NCBI RefSeq assembly: GCF_009914755.1
Contig: NC_060929.1
Reading direction: 5' to 3' (one strand)
Length of the DNA stretch: 64,000 bases
Origin: the human T2T-CHM13v2.0 reference genome, Homo sapiens
Shown piece after piece: positions 13,676 through 26,890 of this stretch. The notes under the pieces were generated by a model, which saw only the letters and a program-made list of their open reading frames with translations, did no database searches and was not told the DNA's origin. The position numbers and the translations under genes were made by a program. Each line of letters begins with the position of its first letter. The first letter of the stretch is position 1.

Positions 13676-14331
13676 ATACATATAAAACCTTTTAAATATC
13701 ACATGAACAGAAAAGTCAAATAATCAAAGAATATGTCCTCATAGATTCTCATATTGACTCATGTCTGCGATACCAACACACTTTCAGACGTTTATTGTAA
13801 GTATCTGCTATGGTACCTAATTCACCAATTGGAATTTTGTCAACAGAAAATGTTTCTATTCTAAGGGTTTTTCTCCATTGCAAAAATTGCACCGAAAGAG
13901 TAGTTTTTAACCATACTTCCAACTTATGGAGATTATGTGAGTGATAAAACCAGACTGAACAATATAGTAAGTTTTAAAAAGAAAAGAAAGAACTGATGAT
14001 GTTTTCACAAATTTGCAAAGCCCTCTGCTACTTTTGTTGGACGAGAAATGGTCCCAACATTGAAGTCTGTGAAGTCATCAGAGGGCAGTCAATTTGTGAG
14101 TCTTGAACGATATTTCTCCTTCATTCTCTAGGTTTACTATGACTCAATCTTATTTGTAAGTTCTAAATTCACCCAGACATTGTGTCAAAGACACCCATTC
14201 GGTCAAAGACAGCATGATTTTAATTCACCTCTTAAGCTCCATGGAATCAACTGCTCCCTAGACTTATAAAAAGAGCCATGCCAGCGAGAACCCTGACAAA
14301 CAGACAGCAAACCTCAACAATTAATAAAATA

Positions 14332-14411
14332 TTAAGTTGGAGCAAAAGAAATTGCGGTTTTTACCATTGAAAGTAATGGCAAAAACCACAATTACTTTTG
14401 CACCAACCTAA
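14332..14411. mobile_element. MADE1 (Hsmar1-derived MITE), full 80 bp
   Basis: TTAAGTTGGAGCAAAAGAAATTGCGGTTTTTACCATT-GAAAGT-AATGGCAAAAACCACAATTACTTTTGCACCAACCTAA; TA on left, TG on right. Confidence 0.96.
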
Positions 14412-15929
14412 TGCTTATACTTTTTTCATTGTCCCAAGTTGAGGTTTTCTATAATTGGGTACATAGTTAAGGGTTGGAGTTTAGTGTAATCATGCGTCTC
14501 TAATCAGCAATGAATCTTTATGTTTAATATTTCGTTTATTTTTACCAATTCTCTTTGTTTTTTTCATCCCAATAGCCCCACTCAGTTTATAATTGCCCAA
14601 CTAAAGTAAAAAAAGTAAATAAAAATTTATAAAACCTGAAAATTCTATGGAAGACCTGCTCTGTCCAAAACATGGGGACACTACTTTGCAACAGGCCCAG
14701 CCTCAGAAACAGTGACAGAAAGCACCAAAAAAGCAAAATTCAACATTTAAAAAAAAACATGTAAGGTTGGGATTTCTGGAACTTTAATAGCTTTCCACTT
14801 AAGTTTTTGGCTATCATGCACTTTAGCTAAGAGAAAAAAAATAATGAGTTTTACAACATTCAACTTGCTTTATAACATATTACATAATGGTGTGAGTTCC
14901 ATAAAGAAGGTTGTGTGCACTGCTGTAAAACCTATTAGGTCACCAATATTTCTGGTTTCATATTAAGAAATTAGAAATAATGGTTCAGATTAGAGTTACC
15001 AGAATTAAAAATCCTTTGAATTGAATAAGTCATTCCCAAGGATATACTAATGAATTTGTAGCCTTAAAAAGAAAAAAAAGTTTCATTTATACATTCACCT
15101 GAGGTGAAAGAAGTCATGTTAACATTCTGAGTTTTATGTGGACTTTCCATAGGCTGAAGTACTCTCTCCACTGCACCTCCTGCTCTGTATAGCTCACCTT
15201 AATTTCCATTTTGTAGGCCCCAATGTGAGAATAATTTTTTAAAAATGAGACTTTGAGTCTGAATGTAGTAATGACTAACTATCTTCCTTCAAATGTGACT
15301 TTAAGTTTAAAATGTTTAAACTACATGAAGTAGTTTAAGGTCCAAAATGTGCTTCAGGTTGCTCCTTTTCCTTCCATCTTTCACTCAGCCTTCTCTTTCT
15401 CTGCCTTTCTTGTCTGGAGAATCATCTCCCAGCTTGGCATTCTAGCAATGGCATCAGTCGAAGATGAGGCCGGACGCCTTCATCACATACTGCCCACTTG
15501 TGCTGAAATGCTTTCATATTTATGCCTGATATCTCCAGCTGAAGAGTGAATTTCTTGAGGTTGGGAACTGTGTAACATGGCATAGAACTCATACAGAAAA
15601 GGGGCTCAAAAGCCATCTCTATCAATAGTAAGTAGGAGAAAAAGAAGCAGAGATGAAAGAGTAATGCCATAGTTAGTGCTGAATATTGCTTCAGCTATTT
15701 GTCAGCGTCTTTTTGAAAGCCAGAGTTACAATAGACAAATGACTGAATCCTTACTCCTAATGTAATTTATTTGTCCTGTTTCACCCCCCACACAAAAAGA
15801 AAATGAGTGTTTTGAATGCACAAAGTACATCTCCCCCTTTTCAGGGAAGAGTGGAATAATACAGGTAGCAGTTACATGTGTATTAGTGTAACATCTCTTC
15901 GGAAGATAACAGTGCTTTATTTCTACCTA

Positions 15930-16220
15930 ATCCTCATCCATCTATCTATTCACTATTTATCCATCCATTGATTCACTTCTCCATCCATCATCCATCTATT
16001 CATCCAGCATCTATCCATTCATCAATCCATCCATCCATTTATACATCATCCATCCATCTTCCAACCCATAGTCATCTATCCATCTCTTCATCCACCATCC
16101 TTTCATTCATACATCCACCACCATCTACCCATCATCTACCCGTTCATCCATCTGTTCAACTTTCATCTCTCATCCATCCTTTCATCCTTCCTTCCTTCTA
16201 CCCATTCCCTCATTCACCAA
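15930..16220. repeat. Degenerate (CCAT/TCAT)n simple repeat, probably expanded from an L2 tail
   Basis: ~290 bp of CATC/CCAT/TCAT units followed by weak minus-strand L2-like sequence. Confidence 0.85.
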
Positions 16221-17829
16221 ACCAAGCAAGGTTTTACTAATCACAAAGTATTAACGTACCAAGTACTGTAAGACATAGGCATATTTGATATTATCTATGA
16301 CTTCTAGGTAGTCACCATAAGGAACATAGGCAAGACAGACAGTGACAGAAAGGGAAAAGTTGTAATATATGACTGGATAAGGTCATATAAGAGTCTGATT
16401 TTCAGCAAAAACTCTAGAGAAGTCAAATCCACCTAAACTTATCAAGGAATTAATGAGATATAGGCCAGCACTGAATAACTTTCCGTTTACATTCAACCTA
16501 ACTTATGAAAAACAGAGGGTATACATGTATTATTTTACATCAGATCGAAGTCATGTTGATCGGCATGGTGTGCCTTTATCCTATGCACTATTGAGGAAAA
16601 GGCCAACGCGGACGATCTTAGAGGAGACCTGCATAGAATCAGGTGACCAGAGTTAAGGCTTCAGTGTGATGGTCAACAAAAGTGAACCTAGAGCCCAAAG
16701 AGGAACAGGGAGGAAAAGTCCATATCTCAACTTTGGCCTACGGTGGAGGAAGAACAAAATCTCCTGGAAGAATTTGCATCTTAGGCTGGCACAGACAGAG
16801 GATGTTAGCTGAAATTTATACTGGCAGTGAAGTCCAAGAATCGTCAAGCAGAAAGTTTGTCTTAAAGTAGTGTAAAGTGGATGGCGCTTGCAAATTACAA
16901 CGAATGGCAAATGCAAAAATGCAAATCCTCTTCAGAAGGCCACACAACGCTACTGATGGGAAGCATGCCAATTTCTCAGAAGATAAAATGCAAGAGTAAA
17001 TAATCACCCTAGAATCTATATTTGTGGACATAGAGTCATATGAATTGTATGTGTGTATTCAATCAAAATAGTTATCTCTTGTTTGTTATAACTAAATATG
17101 AAACTCGTATGGACTGGCCATGTTTATATGTAGGGCTGTGATATAAATTTATGGCAGACTTTTGGTAAATTTGTTATTAAGTGTTTTATTAACCATACAC
17201 ATACTAGGAGATATGTTATAGCTCTTTTCTTGTTGATCTATAGATTATCCTTCATACCATCAATCATATACATGAAACAGCAGATAACAATGGCCCTGGC
17301 CATGGGCATAGGGTTCACGGCTGGTAGACACATTTAGAACATCTTACAAGGGATGGGATTCCTTAACTTCCTGTTTGCCAAACAAGAGAATTTTGATGAA
17401 TAATAAGACTTTGAGGATTGATGTATATTGTCCTTATCTATGAAAATGGGTTTCTTGGGTGAAAGGTTTTTTTTTAGTATTTTATCAGATTTGGGGATGA
17501 ATATTAAAAAAAATTCTAATTTCTTTGATAGAGTCATTGAAATATCTCACTTTTGCAAAGCTGCTTTAGGAATAACGTCTAAATGAAATGAACAACCATT
17601 TTTAAGAGTAAAATTAAGTTTAGAAACTACAATAAGCAAGTCTTAGAGCTAACTACATTAATTCAGCACCCCTAAAAGCTCCAAAAGGCTGATGGGGACA
17701 GTTACATTTGCAGGAATTCATATCACTTGGCCTTGAGCTCTGGGTCATGTTGCTGGACAGTAGGAAGCGCTCCTGCCTCACTTGGGAACTGCAGAGGAAA
17801 CGCATTCTCTGAGCCTCAGTTCTGCAGCA

Positions 17830-17910
17830 GTACAGCACTCCTTTAGCATGTATTTGCAGAGCTTGTCCTGGGTGTCAGGCTCTAGCGTAGGTGCCATGGG
17901 AACAGTGAAG
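17830..17910 (-). mobile_element. L2 3' fragment
   Basis: GTATTTGCAGAGC...GTGTCAGGCTCT...TAGGTGC...GGGAACAGTGA. Confidence 0.5.
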
Positions 17911-18324
17911 GATGCAGCCTTCTTTCATGGATGCCAAGTTCTGGGAATTCTAGTCCTGTACATGTTATTCTTGCAGGGATTTTACGTACTCATGGCATTT
18001 GACCTACAGTGGCTCCTGGGTAATGACAGTAATCTCTAAAACTATTCTGATAAAAAATAAATCTGTAGAAGTCTCAACCACTGAGTTGCTAAATTGAAAA
18101 TATTTCTGAAAGTAGGACACCTCAAAAAGTTAACAATGTGAAACTTAGAAGGCAAGATTTGTCATACCAGGGAATGGAAATGCTCATTGGACTGTTTTTA
18201 AAATATGACATAAGGTTATGCTATGTCTCTACGATTTTTTACTTAATTTGCTTATGAAAATTTACAAGCTTTACCAGTGGGATCATTGTTTTTAAACCTT
18301 AATTTTGCCCATTTGTTTTTCCCC

Positions 18325-18590
18325 TAAAACCCTGTGTTGAGTGTCTGCTATGGATTAAGAGAGTACAGACCTCAGCATGTGCCCTATTAAGGACCATGCT
18401 TCCCAGAAGCCCATAGTCCAGCAAGAACATGGATGTGTGCTTCAAATATCCTGTGACAAATGTTATGACTTCAGATTGCAAAATCTATGAGGACCGGCAA
18501 TCAGGGGTGGATGCTGAGATCTGCCTGGGGTGGGTGAAGAGGCGAGGGTTGGAGAAGAAAGGCTACTGAAAGAAAAGGTTACAGTGGAAG
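18325..18590 (-). mobile_element. L2c-like fragment
   Basis: TTGAGTGTCTGCTATG...AGCCCATAGTCCAG...TGTGACAAATGTTATGA...AAGGCTACTGAAAGAAAAGGTTACA. Confidence 0.45.
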
Positions 18591-21500
18591 TTCACCGTGT
18601 TTCACTGACTGTGCTTGTTTCAACGTGGCTTCTGTCTGCATTCAACATCTCCAGAAGGCCCTACCTGAAGAGGACTCTGGATGGGTGCAGAGTCACAGAA
18701 AACACAAAAATGCAATGGATTCTCATTTTTTGTGACTGTTATTGATTCTACAGAGCTTCAGAAACAGCTGCCCATCCTCAGTCCCACCAGATCAGAGAGG
18801 CTCCCATGGCTCTGTCCACACGGAGCCCAGAAACCCGAGGAGGAGGAATTCAGACATGACTCCCTTGACCCATCTCAGACAGCTCTCCTTCATTGCCTTT
18901 CTAGAGTAGAAGTAGATTCCAGTATTTACAAAAATTCAAACTTCCTTGGTGGTCGCAAGTTGGTCCCACTAAGGTGAGCTGAACAAAGAAGTCCACGCAA
19001 ACTCTGTCTTCTGCACCCAACAACCTTTTGGGTATCTGAAGATTCTGAGTTTTTCTTCACCTTTAAGATTTTGTCTTGGACCCAGAAAATTCTGTGCTGC
19101 TTGCCTCATGTTTATTTTTATGGACCTACTTAAGTTGTGTGCTCGAAGAACCAAATGAACGTGTGTGTGCTTTTTTTTTTTTCAAATAAAACAAATTGAA
19201 GTTAAAACCAACCACATGTCTCAGTTCAGCCAGGCTGCCTTGTGATTCTTGAAAAATAAAAATAACTGAATAAGTGCTTTTCAAAGTGATATTTTAACCT
19301 CCTGCCAACACTGTAGTAGTAAAATATGATTTTTTTTATTATCATTCAAATGTGAGTTTGGGGACATGATTGAGGTTTTCCTATAATCAGTAAAAACGAG
19401 GAAACAACTTAAAAATGTTTGGGCAACCTCCAAATAGAGGGGAAAAAAGTGTTTAAAGGTGAGTGAGTTAATGTAGCACATGTTATAATAAAAACCCAAC
19501 AAAAAGTAGCCCTTATAGTCCAATATTTTGGCATACAAACTCAGCCATTCTTCAGGGAGACTTTACTGCCTCATTTCTAATAGAGAGCCCTAATTATAAC
19601 ACTTACAACGAGAGAGAATGCTGAGAAGGCCTGAATAATTATCTAGTTCCATACTCACAAGTGGGTGTAAGGGAGTCTGCACCCCATCATGGGCTGTTCC
19701 ACCCCTTAAAAATTCTTTTAATTTACAATGTGTGACACTGAAAAAAAATCTTGTCACTAAATGTAAAAACTGAGGTTGCAAAGAGCAAAAATTTCAACTT
19801 TATTAAAGGAGTCTTTTTTTTCTCACTGTGATAGTGTCTTTGTTATTACAGGAGCTTTTATTTAAACATAACATTTTAGCTGAACTCTCGTTTTCAAAGC
19901 AAACAGGTAAAATGTAAGATATATTTCAATACGTGATTTGTAGGCCTTTGCTTTTTTAACTGAATCTAAAATTTGGTTAGTTTTATCAAAAGTGATTAAA
20001 TCATCATCACTATAAACTAATATTTTCTAAATTTTCTATTGAGCCACAGGCTCGAAGTTCATTATCAAAAATGGGTTTTGTCACCCATAAATGAAACATA
20101 TTACCACAAAGAAAAAAAACATTTGGAAACAAATTCATGTAAAGCCTCAAAAAGTAGTCATCAATCTCTGCCCCTTGCCACGGTTGTATGGCTCAGGCTG
20201 TGGGGGCAGTGGAAAAATGTTCCTGCTGAAGAATCAGGAGCAATTGAAAATTGAGTGACTGTGTTCACGTAGCCCCCAGATTTCTAAGCAAATGTTGCCC
20301 TGTAAGGAGAACATCAGTGTTAAAGGGGTTTCAGTCTGTTGCTGAAGAAGAAAGTTGATTAAACCAGTGCTAGGCAATACAGTATTAATCAGATCAAGGT
20401 AGATGCTTTAATGACCAAATAAAAATTAGCATCGTTTTCAGTTCCACATGCATTGTGGCTGGCAGTGACTGATAACTCATGGCTGGCCATAGGGAACGTG
20501 GGCCAGGGGGAGGGTCACAGGGGGTGGGGACAGAAGGAGCTCTGGGAATCTCTGTGGGAGGCTGGTTATTCAACAAGAGGCTTGGAATTACTGTCCTTCC
20601 TCATAATGATACAGACACATAGGTGCTCGAGAAAGCCCCAGAGACAAGGGAGAGATGACGCAGCCAATGCTCCATGTGTTTGAAGCCAGCTGGCTGGCTG
20701 GGTTAAGATGTCAGTCTCAGTGTTTGAGACAAGGGAGAAGTCAGGCTCCGCAGCTGAAATTAGGTGTAAGCAATGGGCATGGTTGAGGAAATGGGCCCCC
20801 AAATCCAGAAATGTCATCTCAAGGTTAATTAAGATCAAGCAAGACAGTTATTTTGCCAGCAACAGATAAGGGCTGATGATTTGTTGACAGAAAGCCATCA
20901 GCTGAAAGTCAAGTCTGTTCACAATGAGCAGTGTGTACATAGAACACGAGTAGTAATTTTTCCATTTCTAACCCATATCTCACCTTGTATGGTAAACTCG
21001 GGTGAACTGACTTTTCTTTTTGTATATTTTCTTCTAGATGTGTGGATAGGTTTAAGCAATTGAGATCTAATCTTATATTCTTCAAGAGTGAGATTTTTGT
21101 ACATTGAAAACCTGATAGACATAGAATGTAATCATCCAATGAAAGACTTATGCACAAACTTCTCTCAATAGTGAGTAGGGTTTTTTGATTGGTCCATATT
21201 TCATCAGAAATCTTTCTGTTGCTAAAAAAGTTATTGTTTTACCATTTATAGCTAATTAGAAAATTCTCTGAGCCCAAACCTTGTATTATTGTTATGAAAA
21301 TAGAGCCCATTTTCCCATAGCAAAGGAAGAAAAATTTCCTTTCTAAACAGGTAGTACATCCTGTTGTGAATTCACGAATGACCAGGCCCTTGTGGGTCTC
21401 ATCATCCCTTGTACCTGTGCCCACCTGCCTGTACGCTGCTGTTCATTTGGGCAAGATGAAGTATCTGCATCTGAAATAGCTTCTTCCAATGCCATTGTAT

Positions 21501-22448
21501 TCTGGAGCAAATTTTTAATGTAAACAAAGTAAAAGTCAGGGAATATAAAAAGTATCTTAATTACAAAAAGAAATGTGAATGCAGTCATGTTTCATTGAAT
21601 AATTCAACTTTAGGGACTATTTTCAAAAGCAGAGTTTTCCAAGAATTAATGTTTCTCTTTAAATTAGGGCAGTCTTGAAGGGGAAATATAGAATTTTGTA
21701 CAGCTTGACAGTGAATCTTTCTTAAAAAATATAATTATCCTGAAGTTCTCTATTTCTTTTGGGGATATTTTCCCCCTTCATCATTCAAGGTTTAAAGGAG
21801 TTTCTAAAAACCAACTAGAGAAAACACTGTTAGTCTAACTCTAATGTAGAACTTTTAAGTTATGTTAAATTTTAAGCCTAAAGGTTTAATTTCCATGCTT
21901 TCTGGTTTTCTCCAGACAGACTCCAAATATTTGCTTAATATGCTTTCTTATGGTTTAATGTGTAGTAATTTTAGCGTTTTAGAAATATATTTTCCTGAAA
22001 AATGTGTTTCACTGGCATTTCAGAGTTTAAGAGCAAATATGCCAATTACAAGTATAAAGCTCATTAGTGTAATTTAAATAAAAATTTATAAAATATTTCA
22101 TAAAATTTTTTTCTATATAGGTAACTCTCATCCCATATACGGAACAGAGGAATTAATAGTAATGATAGAAATGTGAATTTGTATCCAAAATGTAAATTAT
22201 GTTAATATAGGCAAATAAGGAAGCCTTATATATGTCCACCAAAGAAATGCAACATGATCTTATTTCAGAGATTTCAATACTGAGTCACAGGACTGAGAGG
22301 CCATAGGCCTGGGCTGCCAGAGGAGGTTTCTGTCTGTTAGAAGCAGCATAGCATTGGGACTGGTCACTTGGCCAGGGCCCTGGGACTTGCCTGTGTGGCC
22401 CTGGGCCGGCTTCTCTGCCACTCTGTGTCCTCACGTGGACAGTCCAGG

Positions 22449-22621
22449 TGCACATCCTCTGAAAATGGCCCTGGCTGATGCTCATGCTGCTGGTACTTGG
22501 ACCACACTTTGAGAATCACCTCCATAAGGCCCGCTTTTCAGGGTGAAATGAAATGTGGATTTTTGTCAGTGAAACAAAGGCTCCTGATGACCTCACCCAT
22601 GCAGGGCAACCTTGGACGCCT
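22449..22621 (-). repeat. Left arm of inverted duplication (MER5A end plus unique flank)
   Basis: 22461-22620 aligns to the reverse complement of 23315-23472 at 133/160 identity by hand. Confidence 0.93.
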
Positions 22622-23313
22622 GTCCCGTCTCCATGACAGGAGACAGGACAGTGCCTGGTACATGGGATACACTTACCGCACACCTCCAGCCCTGTTCTGC
22701 CTCCAGAAGAGCGCCCGGTGCGCAGAGCTGATGAAAGGCAGAAACTGTGCTCCATCAGGAAGAAGAGATCGGTGCTGATGGAGCGAAGTGACTCATCAAA
22801 TCCTCAAGAGGCATGATACTGGCACAATCAGCCTAAACACACAGCGTTCTATTCAGAAAATTACTTTTAAGCACCCTCACAATTGTCCATTAAATTAAGG
22901 AGGAAAATGTGCTTTTTAGCCAAAGGTTCCTAAAAGATTGGAAAGGCAAATACAAGTTAATAAATGGCAAGCACATGAGCACGCCGTTTGGGGCTTCATG
23001 ATAGGGGCTTGTGTGTGTGTTGTTTCCTAGAGAAGTAGAAGGACGCTTCCTGGTCCCAAGCCTCTTTGCTCCTCAGCCAGGAATTGCACCGTTAGAAATG
23101 CACGTTGACTTCAGTGCGGCCCACTCTCTTGGTACAATGCAGATATTCGTGGGAGATGTGTGTTGATTATGAATTCGCTCATGATTTTCTCTGAGTTCAT
23201 TTTTCAGGTTTCCCGTTTCCCTTGTAGGGAGCAAGGGCCACGTCTTGAGAGCTCTGAGTGTTGGGCAGGCAGGAGAGAGAAGGCACGGCTCCACGTGACA
23301 GACACAGAGCAAA

Positions 23314-23481
23314 AGGTGTCCAAGCTTGCCCTGCATGGGTGAGGTCAGCAGGAACCTTTGTTTCACTGGCAAGAATTCAGATTTCATTTTTCCCTGAAAA
23401 GTGAGCCTTACGGAGGTGGTTCTCAGTGTGGTCCAGGTACCAGTGGCGTCAGCATCACTTGGGGTCATTTTTAGATATGCA
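23314..23481 (+). repeat. Right arm of inverted duplication
   Basis: Includes the 22-bp exact match TTGCCCTGCATGGGTGAGGTCA to the reverse complement of the left arm. Confidence 0.93.
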
Positions 23482-23565
23482 GATTCTCTAACCACACCCA
23501 GACAAGATGAGTTAGAAACTCTAGAGGTGGAGCCAAGACTGCCCCAACAATCTCTCCAGGTTAGA
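23416..23565 (+). mobile_element. MER5A (hAT-Charlie MITE), 3' truncated
   Basis: GTGGTTCTCAGTGTGGTCC...CAGCATCACTTGGG...ATGCAGATTCTC...CCCAGAC...AGAAACTCT...CTCCAGGT. Confidence 0.85.
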
Positions 23566-24854
23566 GAATTTGGGATGGATTTTTTTGACAGCCTCAGCCA
23601 GGTTTCCTAATCCTGCCTTGTAAGAACCACCCTTCCCCACAACCAGGTTTTCTCCATGGGAATCTCTGCGGAAGTGAGTTTAAAGTCTCTTATTGTTGCA
23701 GTGCTGCAGGTGATCTTCCTAATTAGGCAACTCAGAAGCCAGGGCACACCATGCACAATAAAAAGCAAATCTGTCAGGGGCCAGCGTGAATCATCCTGCC
23801 CTCATTTCGTGTTTCTCTCTAACATTTCTCTTATTTTACAGTGCTCTTCCTTCAAGAGTTTCTATTAATTACATATTGAGACATGAATCTCCTCCCATAG
23901 AATCACTTGCACCTATTAACATTCAAAAACAAAATCACTTTGTAATTGAATCCTTGAATTATAAGACAATTCGAAGTTGAGCCATCCTCTTCAAAAGAAA
24001 GAAAGTGGTTATTCCTTCCTTTCACTGTGCAAACAGGCTGGGTGCAGTTGTGGAAAAAACATAATTTTTTGTGTAAAAAAAACAAAAAAATGCACCTAAG
24101 GGAGCAGCTCAGCTTGGAGACTCATTTATTGGGAGCTGATTCTCACGTATCTAGTTTCTGCCTCGAGTTCTCCTTGAAAATCAGATCTGAAGTCTCCATA
24201 TTGTATCCTTGTTCGTCTCAGAACTGTGTTGCCAGTGCCCCATTAAATTCTACTCTTCAAAAAGAAAGCCTGTGTTCAACCCCCAAGTCCCACCCTCTCC
24301 TGGGTCCTCCACCCCATCACAAAGAGCGGATGTTTTCTGATCACCCGTCCAGTCTCCTTCTTCTTCAACCCTGTGTCCAATTTGTATTTTTAATTTTTTT
24401 TCAGTCCCCAGAATATCAGCATTTCCAATTTGTTTTTCATTCAGTGACTCTCCATGGCCTCATTGATTGGACAAGCTTAAACCCCACAAATTTCCTGCCC
24501 CAACCGCTGTCAGGGTATGATAATGAGATGGAGAGGTTGTTTAAGGCCTTCCAGGAGGAGAGCCGGGGTAAGAATGTGGTGCTGCCGGGCCTTCAGCCTC
24601 TGCTTATATCTGCACTTCCTGAACTTTCAGCTGATGCCATGGGCTTGACTTGTGTTCATTATGTGATCATGGCTGTGGTGAGGTGGCAGCTGCCGCCCTA
24701 TCCCACCCAGTGGTAGCATGTACCTGGAACCCTAAGGGCTTTATCATCGGTCCTTGCAAAGATCATTAAGGTAGTTATTTATATTTTACATATGAGTAGC
24801 ATGTGAAAACTAAACATTTTACAGGTGAGTCATAATTTGGGAATGACTTCTTCA

Positions 24855-24925
24855 CTGAAGTGTGCATTGAATTCCCTGGGGAGCTTTCTAAAAATACACA
24901 TTTCCAGGATCTGCTCCACACTCGA
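24855..24925. mobile_element. MER5-family fragment
   Basis: GTGTGCATTGAATTCCCTGGGGAGCTTTCTAAAAATACACATTTCCAGG. Confidence 0.55.
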
Positions 24926-25624
24926 AATGCATGAGAATTCCCAGGAGCATATCAATCACTGATCTTGGAGAATGGATATGTCAGATGGATTGGAGATTCC
25001 CACTAACTGGACTCTCAATTTCTTGGCAACTATCTGTCAGTTCATCTACAGTGGTAGTCGTGGTTGTGATTCAGTAACTGCCCCGGGCCCCACCCCCACC
25101 CTTCCATGGCAGCACGTGGTTTAATCATATCTCTGTGTATATCTGTGCATTTGAGAAAGTCCTGCAGGGTTCTCAATACACACCATTGCCTTGAGGTGGA
25201 ATCTGTGTTTTCACTGTCTGTATACTACCTCCCTTTTCCCTGCTTTCCTTTTCTTCCACTGGAAATAACTTCTGGTCCTCTAAACTAGCTTTTCTGCTTG
25301 CAATCTTTCTGGTGCACAGGGCAGAGCGAGTACAAAGCCTACCACCTTTGTGGTCCACCAATGCAATGTAACTGCAATCAAGGCAAAACAGCTTCACATG
25401 GGTCCTGGGACCCCATGAACATTCTGACCACTTTGGACCCAGAAGTGCAAAGGTGTTAAAAGTGACAATGAGGACAGCTTGACACTATCAGTGGAGATGC
25501 TGAAAAGAAGAGAGAAGATTCAGAGCCATGTCGTCAGTACTTCCGTTTCTCCCTGTGGAATGTCAGTTGCCCTTCATGTTTCACTACTGACGGCTCCCTT
25601 AGCCTCATGCTGCGCTGGAATGAG

Positions 25625-25720
25625 AAAATTTCCTCCTAGTCTTGATTTGCTGGTAACTAGCTGTCTGACCTTAGTTAACTAATTTTCCTTCCTAGATTCC
25701 AGTCTTTTCATCTCAAAGGG
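25625..25720 (+). mobile_element. MIR core fragment
   Basis: ACTAGCTGTCTGACCTTAG...CAGTCTTTTCATCT. Confidence 0.55.
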
Positions 25721-26571
25721 CTTTCTTGTCTGAAAATGCCCTCTTCTACTTTAACTCCGAGTGTTCTTCCAGACACAGCACAGCTGTGGGCGTGCCAGGG
25801 TCCTCAGCTTTTCAGTCTGTACTGGAAGGACTCAGCACGAGGCAGTGCTCTCCGCCACCATTGGTATCTCTTTAGGATGTGCATTTCTCAGGCAATCTAC
25901 CTCCTCACCATCATATTTTTCATCTCTGACAATATTAACTGGAGAGTATTGTGCTGGATTCTAAAATCAATGAGGTCAGTACAATAAAGGAAGAGTAATT
26001 GTGTGTAATTGATAAACATATTTTGTCTCTTGCCACATGACTTTGAGTGCATGTGGATGTATACACAACACTTGCTATAAAGTCTTCAAGATATAAATTT
26101 TTTTTTGGCTCACATTTCTTGGGAGTTTGGAAAGGAGGACAGCAATGAACTGCATTGTGTGCAAGAGGCCTGACCTGTGATGACTCATTCAATTCTAGAT
26201 GGTAGAGGGTAGGTAATACATTTATAAATACAGAAACTGAGATCCTGGGAATTATATGAGGATGTCCTAGTGCCCACATAGTGGAAATGGGATTGACTAG
26301 GTCTGCTCAGGTTAAGGGAGGACAAGACATAAAAGCCTGTTCTCCCCATTGAGCATCCAGGCCATTGCTGTGGGGAGCAAGTTGCGTTTGAGACATCCAT
26401 GAGTACTTGCCTGTCCAACTTCTGTTTTCAATTATATAGTTCACTGAAAACAATATTAAATGGAAGATATTGAAAAAGCTTTTCAACATTTCAAAAATTT
26501 GTAGAGTTTCAAAATTAGTTCTGTTAGATTTTTAAAAATGAGTAAATAAAAGACACCTGTATTATAGAGTA

Positions 26572-26890
26572 CAGATGATCCTTGACTTACGAAGATACAA
26601 ATTACTTTTTTTTTCTTTTAGCTGGTGTGAAAATAATGGCATCAATGGGAAGTGGTACTATACTTTCTTGCAGTGCAGCCAGACAGTCACAAGGGTCAAC
26701 AACCGGTCCTCTACAGTGGACTGTGTTGCCAGTTGATTTTGCCAACTGTAGGCTAATAGAGGTGTTCTGAGCAGGCATAAGGTAGGTGAGGCAAAGCTAT
26801 AATGTTCGGTAAGGTAGGCGCATTAAATGCATTTTCAACTTACAATGGATTTATCAGGACTTCACCCCATTGTAGGTCAAGGAGCTTCTG
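26572..26890 (-). mobile_element. MER47 (Tigger5 family) DNA transposon
   Basis: Termini CAGATGATCCTTGACTTAC / GTAGGTCAAGGAGCTTCTG with TA on both sides; internal CAACTGTAGGCTAAT...GTTCTGAGCA...ATTAAATGCATTTTC. Confidence 0.9.

Noticed and set aside
22622-23313. Possible inward extension of the inverted duplication across the spacer
   Set aside because: Only scattered 5-8 nt matches by eye; not supportable without an alignment score
24027-24716. Longest ORF in the track (229 aa)
   Set aside because: Non-ATG start, Ser/Leu/Pro/Phe-rich composition typical of random open frames, no recognisable domain or supporting exon structure
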